Positions 51,521-64,000 of a stretch of 64,000 bases of DNA are shown one piece after another. Both the position numbers and the translations under genes were made by a program. The DNA is taken from NCBI RefSeq assembly GCF_018977255.1, contig NW_024704748.1:13950001-14014000 (forward strand), written 5' to 3'. How positions within the stretch are numbered: position 1 is the first letter of the stretch; each line of letters starts with the position of its first letter. Below the pieces are notes generated by a model. The model ran no database searches. It was not told where the DNA came from and saw nothing but the letters and a program-made list of their open reading frames with translations. Origin of the DNA: Callorhinchus milii (lineage: Eukaryota).

Positions 51521-53342
51521 CCAGGGAATAGCAAATAGTTTAGCTACCAGCACCACTGTGGCCTGAGGAAAAAGTGGCTTAAATATTGACTGCTCAAACT
51601 CTTTGAGTGTTTCACAATCATTTCATTACTTGACTGACTCCTGACTCTGGCTTGGGAGAAAATGAATTAATTTTGCAGGCATGTCCATATCTTTTTTTTA
51701 AACTGAGTCATTGAGAGTCACATGGTCAGGCTTTGCTTATTTTCTAAACTGGCAACATAAAATTGTAAAACCAAGCTATGTTGATGTAGTAAAAGCATAT
51801 AGGGAGCTCCATTTATGAGTATTTCACTAACGGATACACTTGCGGAAGCTTCTTCTAGTTTGCCTTCCTCAGGTTACTGGTTACTTGATTGTCTGTTTGG
51901 ATCCAAAATAAAGTTGAGCAGCCCTTAGGAAATATACAAAATAGATGTTTGAAATCATGCGGGAATCTACCTCCCATCATGATCAAGCAAAGGGATTGCC
52001 ATTTTTAGTTGTTGAGAAACAATAGATTCCAGACTGTTGGCCTCTCTGTAGAGGTCTCTTCCCATTGAATTTACCAGTGAAGTCGTGGAATTGACACCAT
52101 AGGGGCAAGGTTTTATTAAGAGTCCATGATCACATTATAAACCCTTAAATCTTAACTGGAAAAATAGAATTGCACCACAAGTGTCCTTAAATAGATGAAC
52201 AAAGGAAGCTGCAAATAAAATGGTTAAGAAACATTATGCATAATTAAGAAATAAATTATGTAGAATAAATTATGTAGTCAAATAAATGACTTCACCACTG
52301 GAGGTTAGTTTCTCTTTACGTTGTAAACTGGTTGTCTGTTTCAATCTTTATTTTCACAAATGCATGCCCATTAATCACGATAAACATACAGGATTTAATC
52401 CATTTTATACTTACTGAAGATTAAAGCAGAAACTGACATTACATTCTTGGATTTGACTCAAGCAAACACCATTAATCCACTTATGGGCAGCAACAGCAGC
52501 CACTCTTTCATAATGTGTTCACTTGGTTTAATTTTGCCTCCTGCATTTCTGACTGAGTATTGTGTCCTCTGATGCACTTTTGGACTGAAGTAATCACATT
52601 CGCTTTTCACCATTGGTAGCAAAATGAAAGGATGTGGGGCTCAATACAACAGCAGGACATGCTGGACTGTGGGAGGAAATAAATAGGAATAAAGGGAAAA
52701 CATAGTGCAATGTGGCAATGTTTAACCTTCTCTCTCCTGAACAACTAATTCTAATCGAATCCGACTGGTAATTTCCCTCAAGACCCAGCCTGCTTCAATG
52801 CCTCTGAGTCCCTCCTTGAAACTTCTACAAATTCCTTTCCCCAATGCTGCCATTGCCCTCCAGGAAAAATGCACTTCTCACTGTAATACAATCGTCTCAA
52901 TCGATCAAGACACCTGCCAAGTGCTGGTGTTGCTTTGCGAATATTGATGGAGGCAGCAATGATGAATAGGAAATGTCTCCATTTCTGCACAAACGTTTTA
53001 ATCTGAGGATCTAATGTGGAAAGTCATTTCTTTATATGCATTATTCACTCTTCCCTTCATTTAATCAACACCAATTCTTTTTAGCTGACTCACAGCTTCT
53101 TCTGTTCATTCACTGTTCGTTCATTCTGCAGGCGGTATTTTAAAAGTTGACAGTGATTCTGAATTGGTAATCCAGTGCTGTAGTGTGTGAGATGTTTCTT
53201 TCACAATCTAGAAGTAGCATGTGAGCTTGCTGTCACCAAGCCAAATTAAATACAAGGTGTTTCCTGGCCTTCAGATTTAAGCCTGTACCAGTTATTCTAA
53301 CCTTCTATGGATTTTTGGTGAGGTAACATTTTGCAATATGCG

Positions 53343-53380
53343 ATTGAAGTATTGAAGTATTGAAGTCATTGAAGTATTGA
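53343..53380. repeat. 8-bp tandem repeat (ATTGAAGT), about 4.5 units
   Basis: Read directly from the sequence. Confidence 0.8.
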
Positions 53381-53399
53381 TGAGAGCTCAGAGAAGAGT

Positions 53400-53760
53400 G
53401 ATCAGGGAGTTTCCAGTATTCTGATCTTTGCATAAATAGATGCTTACAGACCTTAAGTTTTTTTTCCCCTGAGTGAAATTAAGATTGAGAGAGGCGCGAT
53501 CCACATCTTTGAGAAGCAAATATTTAAACAAGTTGAAGTATGCTCTACAGATGATATTCTTGATGGTATGGTTTTTAGAAGATCCAAATGCATTGCAGCC
53601 TGTCTGCTTGCCTCTCCTTGATCTACTGATGATATGAAACAAGGCGCTAGAACACCTGCCTGTTTTGATTGACTTTGACACAATTCTCTGATCAGTGGAT
53701 CTGTCTAGTTTTGTGTGTATTATTGACAAAACACTTCTGAAATAGAGACATGTCATTGCT
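53400..53760 (-). mobile_element. Decayed non-LTR (L2/Crack-like) RT relic
   Basis: SVLSIIHTKL...KTGRCSSALFHII..SRRGKQTG, alternate frame VDQG...HLDLLK, and DVDRASLN resemble SKVLEKIVHTQL...FRxGxSTxTALLH...DKGKxTGAVFLDLSKAFD...GVDGASLNWF. Confidence 0.5.
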
Positions 53761-55669
53761 GAATAATAAAGTATGGCTTGTGGTTTATTGATTAAATTAG
53801 CAGAGGTTGTGAGCCTCGCTGCTCAGTTTCACAGCTACAGGATACAAAGGCAGATCTCATCAGTATTCTGATAAAGCATTCGGATTTCCAAGTATTTCCA
53901 TTGAAAAATCATTGTTTCCTTTTCAGATCGTCTTAGCTATACCACTGGTTTCTTGAAATATGTTCAGATTTTTTGGTTATTCAAGTAGAAAGTGAGTTGT
54001 TGCCTGTTGCTATTCACGTTGAGTATTTACCTTCATGCAGAATTGGAAAATTTAAGTGATGTTGGTTGAAAAAATAATTTTGTTTTGTAATGTACTCCAG
54101 ATTCACCGTGCTGCACCATAGGATGATGAGACTTGTTTTACTGCCCGATTTCCCTTAATGTGAAGTCTCAATCTCACGAGGGGCGAAGGGGAAAGAATAT
54201 CAACATCCCAGTTGGCAATGAACCAGAATCCAGCTATTGCTCAATGAACTGAGAAACCACGCAACCTGTTAGCTCGTATGGTTTTGGATGAACCAACTTT
54301 GATCCTATGTTTCTTTCTTATGGCATCTGAACTGCTGTGTTCTGCATTTCAGTTCCTTTTAGTATTAATTCCTGCAGTAGAAGTTCAAATAATAGTTTAG
54401 GTGATTGCAATATTGGTTTGAAGACTTCAATTAAAGATGTTGTTGACCAGAATCCGGCAGTGGATAACTTTAAAAACATTTTCTAACACTCTAATAGTGG
54501 CAAAAAAAACAATTTGTACACAAACAAATTTCTACATAACCTGAAAAGTGCTTAAATTATTTTATTCTACAATTAAAACCTGATTGAATAGACTACAATC
54601 CTTGTACTTTCCAGAAACAATTGTTTGTTACACTGCAAACTGACGTTTAACAAATCTTATTTGCACAGAGTTAATCTTTTTAACTTGCTGCTGAAAATTG
54701 TATTTGTTCCGCCACCACTACCATTATGTCAGAAAGGCTGTTAGTGATGTTTAAAGCTTTTATACACTCCTGTATCTATTTACTTGAATGAAGAGCCATT
54801 GCTTCAGGAAGATGTAAATCTGCATGCATAACAGAACTACCATTGTAACTGTCTTCATGCAAGATAAATGATGGATTCTGCAAAAAATGTTTGCTTACAA
54901 AAAAAAAGTCGGTACACTTGACAATAATTACTTGTGAAATGCTTTAAGACATTTTGCCATGATAAGATGCTATAAAAGGGATGGGGAGTGGCCGAGTTGA
55001 GCTTTGTAGAGGTTTTGAATTACAGTTGTGGAGGTAATGAGAATATTGCAGCAGATATTTCAGAGCTTTTGTCAGCAAATTAAGTGAAAATATAAGAGGT
55101 ACACTTTGTGTTTGTTAATTTCTAACTTGAGTGCACTTTTGCCAAACCAATGATCATGGAAAAGTTCATCTTTACACACTTAAGGACAACAAAACACAAG
55201 TTGTTTCACAGCATAATGTAATTAGACTGGAGGCATTTTTTCCAATGCATTTTCATTTAATGTCTGTAATGGTCACTGAATTTCGAGTTCCCACAATCTA
55301 TCTCTGGGATTTCCATGTACGGGTGGGATGCATGGAAATCTCAGCTTGGTTTGGATACAAAAAAATCACGTCACTCGTCCAGTATTCAGTCATTTATCTC
55401 CTTAAATGTCCTGACAGTATAATGTTTATATTGTAATTTGCTCCATTCTCTCAGCTTCATGCACCTCTGATCTTCATAGTCTCAGGGAGGACCATTTTAT
55501 GAACAAGTCTTAAATTTTATGCTATGAACCATCTTGATAAACTACCTTCAGTAATTAATTCAATGCATTCTTTTATTGGCCAGCGCATTAGATGAATTCA
55601 CCGGCTCTGAAAAATTGTGGTAAGGAATCTTTACCATTTCCCAGAACAGAGAGATGAACCCCAGTGTAT

Positions 55670-55820
55670 TGTTTTATCAAAAAGGCGACATCTGCAACAA
55701 TGCAGCAGTCCCTCAGTACTGCAGTGGAGTTTTAGGTTAGATTTTGAATTTAAGTATTAGTGTGGAGCTGAACCACTAAATCTTTTGACCCAAAGGCAAG
55801 ATCCACCTGAGCTAAACTGG
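55670..55820 (-). mobile_element. Deu-domain SINE head fragment
   Basis: CAACAATGCAGCAGTCCCTCAGTACTGCAGTGGAG...TGACCCAAAGGCAAGA...CTGAGC. Confidence 0.65.
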
Positions 55821-56290
55821 TACATTGAAGGGAGAGATGAGGCACCATATGAAATTTGTTTCCCTTTCTCCCCATCCCCAATCGGTTTTATTGCTGGAGA
55901 GACAATGGAATGTCCTTCAAAATTCCAGTTCAAGCATCTTATTCATTTAATTCTAGGGACGTGGATTATAGCATTGGGTTTTGCATTATATTTCCTCTGA
56001 GTGATCATAACTACCCAAATGACCCTCCAATAATTTTCTCTTTATGTTCTCAGATAACCGTTCAAGTAGACTATTTTGTAGATGCATTGCTTGATCCTGA
56101 CAACAGCGCGCAACATCAGTTACATCCCTGGAGACCAATGATGTTTAATGATCACTGTAGATGTGTGTCATATCTCATAACACTGTTCTCAGTCCAAAGA
56201 AGAGACAAGACTTTAGAAAGCTAGAAAACACTTTTAAGCACAAAGATTTTGACTTCAGGCAATAGTAGTACTATTGTGTCTTATTGATTT

Positions 56291-57020
56291 ATAGAATCAT
56301 AGAATATTACGGCACAGAAATTGGACTATTTATCATACCTGTGCCGGCTCTTTGGAAGAGCTACCCAATCAGTCCCACTCCCCCACTCTTTCCCCATATC
56401 CTTGCAAATGTTTCCTTCACAAGTACCTATCCAATTCCCTTTTGAAAGTTGTCATTGAATCTGTTTCCACCAGTCTTCCAGGCAGTGCATTTCAGACCAT
56501 AACAACTCTCTGTGTATATTAAAAAAATCCTCATCTCCCCTCTGGTTCTTTTGCCAATTATCTTGAATCTATGTCCCCTGGTTGCCGACCCACCTGCCAG
56601 TGGAAACAGTTTCTCCCTATCTACCCTATCAAAACTCCTCATAATTTTGAACACCACTATTAAATCTCCCCTTAACCTTCTCAACCTAAGGAGAACAATC
56701 CCAGCTTCTCTTGCCTCTCCACATAACTAAAGTCCCTTATCCCTGGTACCATTCTGGTAAATCTCCCCTGCATCCTCTACAATGCCTTTGTATCCTTCCT
56801 ATAGTGTGGCTTCCCAGAATTGGACACAATACTCCAGCTGAGGCTAAACCAATGACTTATAAAAGCTTAGCAGAACTGCCTTGCTTTTGTACTCTATGCC
56901 TCTATTTATAAAGCCAAGGATCCCCTATGTTTTTTTAACAGCTCTATCAACCTGTCCTGCCACCTTCAAATACCCTTGTATGTGAACCCCCAGATCTCTT
57001 TGTTCCCGATTTAAAATTGT
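56291..57020 (-). mobile_element. CR1 LINE 3' fragment (ORF2 C-terminus and 3' UTR)
   Basis: Minus ORF RRLRGDLIVVFKIMRSFDRVDREKLFPLAGGSATRGHRFK; tail ATAGAATCATAGAAT. Confidence 0.93.
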
Positions 57021-57051
57021 TTTCAGTTTTCATTTTTTCATTTTAAACTTC

Positions 57052-57139
57052 AACAATGGTATTCAGACTAGGACTTCAAGCTTTAACATTGGTATTCAGA
57101 CTAGGACTTCAAGCTTTAACAATGGTATTCAGACTAGGA
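57052..57139. repeat. 33-bp tandem repeat, about 2.7 units
   Basis: AACAATGGTATTCAGACTAGGACTTCAAGCTTT starting at 57052, 57085 and 57118. Confidence 0.9.
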
Positions 57140-59872
57140 GTTCCAGAGCAATAGGTAAATGTATCAGGTCAACGTAGCAGAATTGCCTGATTATGCTGCC
57201 CCTTTCATAAACTGGTCTTTAAAGTGTGGGATATCTACCACAACACAGGAAATAAATGCAGATTATACTTTTGTATTATATGTATGTATGTATATTATAT
57301 ATATATCTTACTTTGTCAGACTACCATTAGGGATGAAATAGATTTGACTAAGGTCAGGTAAATTGATTTGTGCCTTGCATTGAAAGGCAGTGGTTGGGAT
57401 ATGTGGCTTAATTTCATAACATTTGAGTTAGAAAGCTTTCTCCAATTACTGGGCAAGTCAATTATACAAATAAGATAGTAGACTCTGTGAATTGAATTTC
57501 CCCATGGTTTCTTACTGCTTCTTTAAAACTGACATCGCCTGGGAACAATTTGCACTTCAATTGTACGCAAATTTGTTGGGCATCAGGGGAACCATGTAAG
57601 TAAAAAGCGGCCAACTGTAAAATGATTGGAGGTGTTGATGCAGATTTGATCCATATGTGCAAATGATAAATATTTTTTAACAAAGTTTTAACAGTAATAA
57701 ATCAATTCCAGGCCTTCACAAGTAAATACATGGAATAAGTAATAAAACATTTTAATGAATGGGACCCAATGTAATCATAATGTTACAAATTCTAACATTC
57801 CATCATTAGGTTCTTATAGTAAACAGAATGACAATGATCGGATGCATCCATTGCACCATTTAGCCTTGCTGTAGCCCAGGGACACCCAACATCCATCTCG
57901 CACTGCATATGACTGGCATCTAAAGATTACTCCTTATTATTCAATTTCACTGTAATGATTTATCGTGGCTAATAAGGTTCCACCATAGCATGACTGAACT
58001 CCAGAAAGCCATTAAGTCTTTCAGTCAAGGTTGGGTAAGTTGAACCATTCTGTTGCTGAATACAGTAATAGTACAGTTACCGTAACTTTCATGACCTCTG
58101 CCTGTTATGATTAACATCCAAATCACAAGGTATGGGGTAAATTCTGACAGTTAGGTAATTTATGTGGTGCAAAGAGAATGTGAAAGTAAAATGTTTTCAG
58201 CTCTGTTGCTGGAACCATTAGGAAAAATGTAGTCTGAAAATCTGAGTTCAATGCCCATTGCTCCACCATTGACGAATAGTGTAAACTATACGACAATATA
58301 TCCTCTACAAAACAAACTATTACTCTAAATTTGTCTCGTATTCTCCCTCCTTTCCCCGAGGTCAATTGGGAATGAGTCAATATGTTGAGTTGTAAACTTG
58401 AAACTGAATTCTGTCACATCAGAGCTCAGTACAGTAATTCACCAAGGTACTGGACAATTGAGCTGCCAGTTTTATTCTTTATAACTGCATCGTTTTTTTC
58501 AAATTGTAAACTAGATCTGGGACCTTTTCACATGGCTATATTTGGGGTGTTAGTCATAACTTGCTTTAAATACACCAAAATAAAATACAGTTGTATCCTT
58601 GGTTACAATTAACTGACACAAAATATGAACCAAGTTGAAACTTTTTTTTAAATATACAATAACTTAATGTACTGACGGTAATCTACACAGTAATTTAGAA
58701 TGTAACTGGATTTTAACATTCTCTTCCTAATTAGTACAAGAACCTTTTTTTTTTGACAACAACAACTTGCACTTATATAGTGCCCTCCACGCCCTCCGGC
58801 GTCTCAGAGCGCTTAGCTCTAACAACTGCTGACAAAGAATAAAAGTCAAGATTGTTAATCATTATATGTCTTAACTTATATTCTACAGAATAACAAATGT
58901 CTCAAAATGTGCCATTGGGCTCATCTACAATTTGGTCGTTTGCGTCATCTGGGACGTGCCTATTGTGCTGTCATCTGTTCATACTCATTGAGCACTTGCT
59001 GTTGATGGATACATACTGTTGTATCCCAAAAGTTGAACTGGATCTTTTTTTGTGTAGACACAATGAGTAAGCCTACAGCTGGGAGGCTTGTAGTTTTATA
59101 AGAACTGTAATTGTTCATTTAAATTACAGTGTTGGAAAAATGAGGTGTGGCAGTAATTATCAAAATGTGGCTCATGGTATTTAAAAACTATTTGAAGTGA
59201 AATGCTAAGTTTTTCAATGGAAATTTTCGGCTCAAATAGTTCTGCAACCGCTTGTTCATCTTTTTAATTTGTAGTCAATCCTAAAATAAATTGCCCAACT
59301 TCAAAGGCCAAGATGATTCTTTTGGTAGCGCGAAAAGTAGGATGTATGTTAGTGATTGTATCGTGGCAGACACAGCAATGCTACTCTATAATAATATGTT
59401 CCATTTGTCAACCACCTTCTCTTTAAAGGGAATTAAATGCTACTTCTGAACACATGGAAACTGTTTATATGTCTAAGTGCAGTGATGAACAAAAAGAAGT
59501 CTTGGATCTCCAGATGGCTTTAAAAATACTGTGCCAACCAGCAAGTGATATCCAAGAACTGCCAGTCTAGTGCCATGGATCTGGTTTCATAGATGCCACT
59601 ATTTAGCATTGTGTCAATGAGAATGGTGATCCATCTTCAGCACATTCAGGTACATTTGATGCAATAAACATACAGTAGATTGTTCAATTGACTCTCAATT
59701 GATTATAATAATAATAAAATAATATTATCAGTAATATTATATTACATTTCATCATGCTGAGACTGACATGAGGATGATGGCTCAGTGTGAGACAATGTTG
59801 ATCTGCTGTGGCTTCGCCAGTTAGCCCTCATGATTTCTCATTTGTTGACCTCCCAATCTTATCATAGTAAGA

Positions 59873-60040
59873 TGGGACGTCCTCCTGACGTGAAAGGCGC
59901 TCTATAAATGGAATCTTGTTGTTGTTGTTGTTGTTGTAATCCTTACATTTGGTAAAGCACCTTTCGTATCGGGAGGACATCCCAAAGTGCTTCACAGCAT
60001 ATACTGGAATGTTGCAGTGACTGTGTGTATTTTGTGGCAA
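59873..60040. mobile_element. Tail-to-tail pair: plus-strand L2 3' end with (TTG)n abutting a minus-strand SINE tail
   Basis: GGGACGTCCTCCTGACGTGAAAGGCGCTCTATAAATGGAATC(TTG)n then TAATCCTTACATTTG...GCACCTTTCG...GGGAGGACATCCC. Confidence 0.8.
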
Positions 60041-61181
60041 TTTTGGCCATCTATGGGAACCAATGAATACTGCAAATAAAGATGGGTCTTTTCTGAACTA
60101 ATTTGTCATAATGCTCTTTAAAGTTATTTTCAGAATGGCACTGTTAAATGATTTAAATGTAATTCCTTGACACCTGTAATATCAAGGATTGCAGAAGAGA
60201 TGTTAAAGAACGCGTAAATGTGATATCAAACCAGGAGTGGAGCACAAATCAGCTCTACAGTTAGAGGCTGGTTGGTTCTGGGTACCATCTCCTTGGGGCA
60301 TGATGGCTTATAAAGTAAGATTCTAATGTATCACATTTATTGTTGCAGCTGGTATCAAATGATGCAAACCAGCCACAGAGCTGGTACCTCAAGGTTGATT
60401 ACGTACATATACACTTATAACTAAATTGCTAAACAAAGTGGCCGCCTTCGTCCATACACTTGCAGGGCACATTGAGAAAGAATTTCAGAGGAATTAACTT
60501 TTTTTTCCATGCACTTTTTCTTGTACATTGTAAACCAACAAATGTAATTCTAACATTTCTTTGTGTATTCCTCATTTTTGATCAGGCTATTGCAGAGACA
60601 CAGTAGGCTGAATTTGTGTGTCTTCCCTGTAGTGTTGCTGATGCAGCAACAACAACACAACAACAAGATTACATTTGTATAACACCTTTCACGTCGGGAG
60701 GACATCCCAAGGTCCCAAGATGCAAAGCATTGAGCCGAATGAGTGGATAATCAGCTGATTCTGCTAGAAATATGGCTTGAGCCCTGAAGAGAAAATGACC
60801 CAATTGTGGAGCATAATTATGTAATTTCTCTTTCTAAAGATGGAAAAGAGACACCATCCCCCCTCACTGTATAATATTAATATTAAGGAGTTGAATCCCA
60901 ATTGGGACCTGGTAGATTGGTTGATTTCCTCTATTCCTCTATAATTTCATTCAGTTGGACATCAGAGATCCCCTAGTCCAGATGTTTGTAATATTCCAGT
61001 TTGTGCTCCTTTGTGCTCCTTTTCAAATGGTACTAGCTATTCCTATTCCTCAACCATGTTTTATTTATTTATTTTGGTCTCCTCTAATCAAATTATATTG
61101 TTAAATGGCTGAAAGCTATTTTCTATTCAATCAGATATGTCTTCTGCTTACGAAACCAAAAATGCTTTACCTTTACCTTTT

Positions 61182-62298
61182 ACCCATGGTATAAAAGGAA
61201 CAGTGGCAGCATTGATCCAGAACTGGCTGGGAGACAGAAAGCAGAGAGTTGTGGTGAACGGTTGCTTTTCTGACTGGAGGGAAGTGTACAGTGGTGTCCC
61301 CCAGGGATCAGCATTGGGACCACTGCTCTTAATATATATAAATGATCTGGACTTGGGTATAACAAGTACCATTTCCAAGTTTGTGGACGACACACAGTTA
61401 GGTAGGGTAGTAAATAGTGAGAAGGATAGTAGCCAACTGCAGAAAGACATAAACAGAATGGTAAAATGGGCAGACACATGGCAGATGAATTTCAATGTGG
61501 AGAAATGCGAGGTAATGTCTTTTGGAAGAAAGAATGAGTGGAGGCAATATAGGCTGGATAATACAATCTTAAGGGGGTTGAAGGAACAGAGAAACCTGGG
61601 GTTCAGGTAAATGAATCCTTGAAGGTGGCAGGACAGGTAGATAAAGCTGTAAAAAGGGCATATGGGATACTATGCTTTGTAAATAGGGGCATAGAGTATA
61701 AGAGTCAGGAGGTTATGATCAACCTATATAAAACACTGGTTAGGCCTCAGTTAGAATACTGCACCCAGTTCTCGGCACCACATATAGGAAGGATGTTAAG
61801 GCATTGAAAAGGGTGCAGAGGAGATTTAGGAGGATGGTACCAGGAATGAGGGACCTTGATTATGAGGAAAGGCTAGAGAGGCTGGGATTATTCTCATTGG
61901 AGCAGAGAAGGTTACGAGGAGACCTATTAGAAGTTTCCGAAATCATGAGGGGATTTGATAGGTTAGAAAGGGAAAAACTGTTTCCACTGGTGGGTGTGTT
62001 GGTGACTCGAGTTCACAGATTTAAAATAGTTTCTAAAAGAAGCAGAGGGGAGGTGAGAAGAATTTTTTCATGCAGTGAGTTGTTTGAATCTGGAACGCAT
62101 TGCCTGAAAGGGTGGTGGAGGCCGATTCGATAACAACTTTTAAAAATGCGGTGGATGGGTATTTGAGGAGCACGGGTTTGCAGGGTTTGGGGAAAGGGCT
62201 GGGGAGTGGGATTGACGTTACATTGCTTTTTTCAAAGAGCCGGCACAGACTCGATGGGCCGAATGGCTTCTTTTTGTGCTGTATAATTCAATGATTCT
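61182..62298 (+). mobile_element. CR1 LINE, 5'-truncated at about 1.1 kb (RT core to 3' UTR), frameshifted
   Basis: WLGDRKQRVVVNG...SGVPQGSALGPLL..YINDL...SKFVDDTQLG...LYKTLVRPQLEYC...LEQRRLRGDL; 3' UTR GATGGGCCGAATGG...TTCAATGATTCT. Confidence 0.95.
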
Positions 62299-62789
62299 TT
62301 CTATTTTTAGAGCGAGAAAAGTTTATTTTTTGAAAGCCAAGTTCCATCCGAGTTTTGCATCATTTGGGGTAAAGGTCATCAATATCGGAACCAATGGGTC
62401 TATTGACCAGGCTGAGATGATTAAAACATCAGAGGAATAGAAATGTCAAATACTATCTATGAGATTTTGTATTATGCAGATGAGGTCTATTTTGTGCCAT
62501 TGATCTCATGATATATTTGCTGTCTGTGTCAATGTGGCTGTGGGCTCTGTGGCTATAAAACTGATCAGGACAAGAGTGCAAAATTATAAATCATAATCCT
62601 AGAAATTTCATCTTTTTATCCTTCAGATGTTTAATTCCAATTTAACTGTATAACTTATTCAATTTTAATTCTCACTTTAATAATCAATCGCTCATACTGG
62701 GAGTCCACATGCCAATATGGCTAAGATTCAAATCTTTCCAAATTTTCCTTTAATTTTCTTTAAGTATTAAGGTGTGCTGAATCCTCCTT

Positions 62790-63522
62790 GGCTGTTTGCC
62801 TGACTCAATTGGTAGCACTCCCCTCTCTGAGTCAGAAGGTTGTGGGTTAAAGCCTGTGTGTGGGGCTTAGAACTCATAAAGTATTTATGATACTCAAGTG
62901 CAGTGCTGGGATGTTACATTCTTGGAAGTGCCTTCCTTCAGATGAGACATTAAAACCGGGGTCTCATCTTCCTGTTCAGGTGGATGGTAAAGATCTCATG
63001 GCTATTCAAAAAGAGAAGGGAGTTTCTCCCAGTGCCCTGGCCAACAATTCCCCAGATAAAATTGCTCATCCACTTCATTGCTGTTTGTAGGACGTTGCGG
63101 TTTCCTTACAAAAATACACAGTTACTATACTTTACAGCAATTCCTGTTAAGCACTGTGACATCTTGATGACATTTGTGGAGTTCTGTAGCTCAGTGGTTA
63201 GAGCACTCGCTTTGCAAGTGAGAGACCTGAGTTCAATTCCAGGCAGGGCGAAACCTTGGGCAAGTTTCCTTACTCCACACGCCTAATAATAATCCCTCCA
63301 AAAAAACAAAACAATAATAAATTGGTCATTTTCAATCTACGACTGTTTGTGGGACATTGCTGTGCGCAATTGGCTGCCGCATTCGCCCACAAATATACAG
63401 TCAAATCACTTTACAGTGTGTTCTGTGAAGCGCTTTGGGACGTCCTCCTGACGTGAAAAGCGCTATATCAAATGCAAGGATTATTATTATTATTATAAGG
63501 TGCTATATCAAATGCAAGGATT
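62790..63522 (+). mobile_element. Deu-domain SINE hosting a nested young SINE in its tail
   Basis: Head GCCTGACTCAATTGGTAGCACTC, Deu-domain, and a tail interrupted at GACA|...|ATAAGGTGCTATATCAAATGCAAGG. Confidence 0.82.
63173..63496 (+). mobile_element. Young full-length tRNA-SINE, subfamily A (nested)
   Basis: Near-identical to the copy at 1250-1575. Confidence 0.92.
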
Positions 63523-64000
63523 CTCCTTATTAAATGAGATTCTTAAGAAAAAAATCCCTCCCTTCTCTTTAAATGTCTGAAAACAGATTGAACTTTGATC
63601 CATTACATTATCTGACCGTGAAGTGAACAGTATTTTGTTCCTGGTCAAACTGTATGTATCAGATTCACTTGGGTTCCTGGCAAGGGACCCTATTTACCAC
63701 TATTCCAATAGTTTTCATGAAATATCCTGGCAGGCATGATAGATTTCATTTTAGTACACTGCCCCGGGAATTAACTTAGAATAATACTCTTACAACAGAA
63801 CATAATGTAAATAAAATAAAAAATTTGCAGAGTATCAATGTTGATTTGGTTGCTGTGGAGTTATTCCTACATACCTTTTCCTTGAGAATTATTGCCATAA
63901 TATCCCAAGTTTATATACAAAATACACAGTCACTACACCTAATTGTAGATCTTGTGACGCATGTTGAGATGCCCCCCTGAGCTGAAAGGCGTTATATCAA

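Noticed and set aside
57052-57139. CRISPR-like repeat (33-bp units; also the 28-bp array at 36163)
   Set aside because: Head-to-tail tandem repeats without spacers, in vertebrate DNA, with no cas genes.
61137-62294. Functional reverse transcriptase gene
   Set aside because: 5'-truncated CR1 with frameshifts and stops, and FADD changed to FVDD.

Overview
Eukaryotic, AT-rich, non-coding DNA from a cartilaginous fish. The dominant tRNA-headed SINE resembles my recollection of the Callorhinchus milii SINE2-1_CM family, so an elephant shark or chimaera is likely (inference). I cannot support any intact protein-coding gene: the window reads as a large intron or intergenic region, and nearly all ORF-track entries are chance ORFs or TE remnants. 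Supported content: four young full-length tRNA-SINEs in two subfamilies plus a longer variant; many Deu-domain SINEs; LF-SINE-like and other ancient SINE relics; CR1 and L2 LINE fragments; a hAT-type MITE with an 8-bp TSD; decayed Gypsy-integrase-, DIRS-RT- and LINE-RT-like relics; tandem repeats; and two long palindromes. The most notable item is a decayed intronless HSP70 fragment (about 23170-23640, minus strand), split by a MITE, whose antisense strand carries a clean 105-nt exon-like unit. I found no convincing novel multi-component system. TE family names come from memory, and coordinates of old repeats are approximate.
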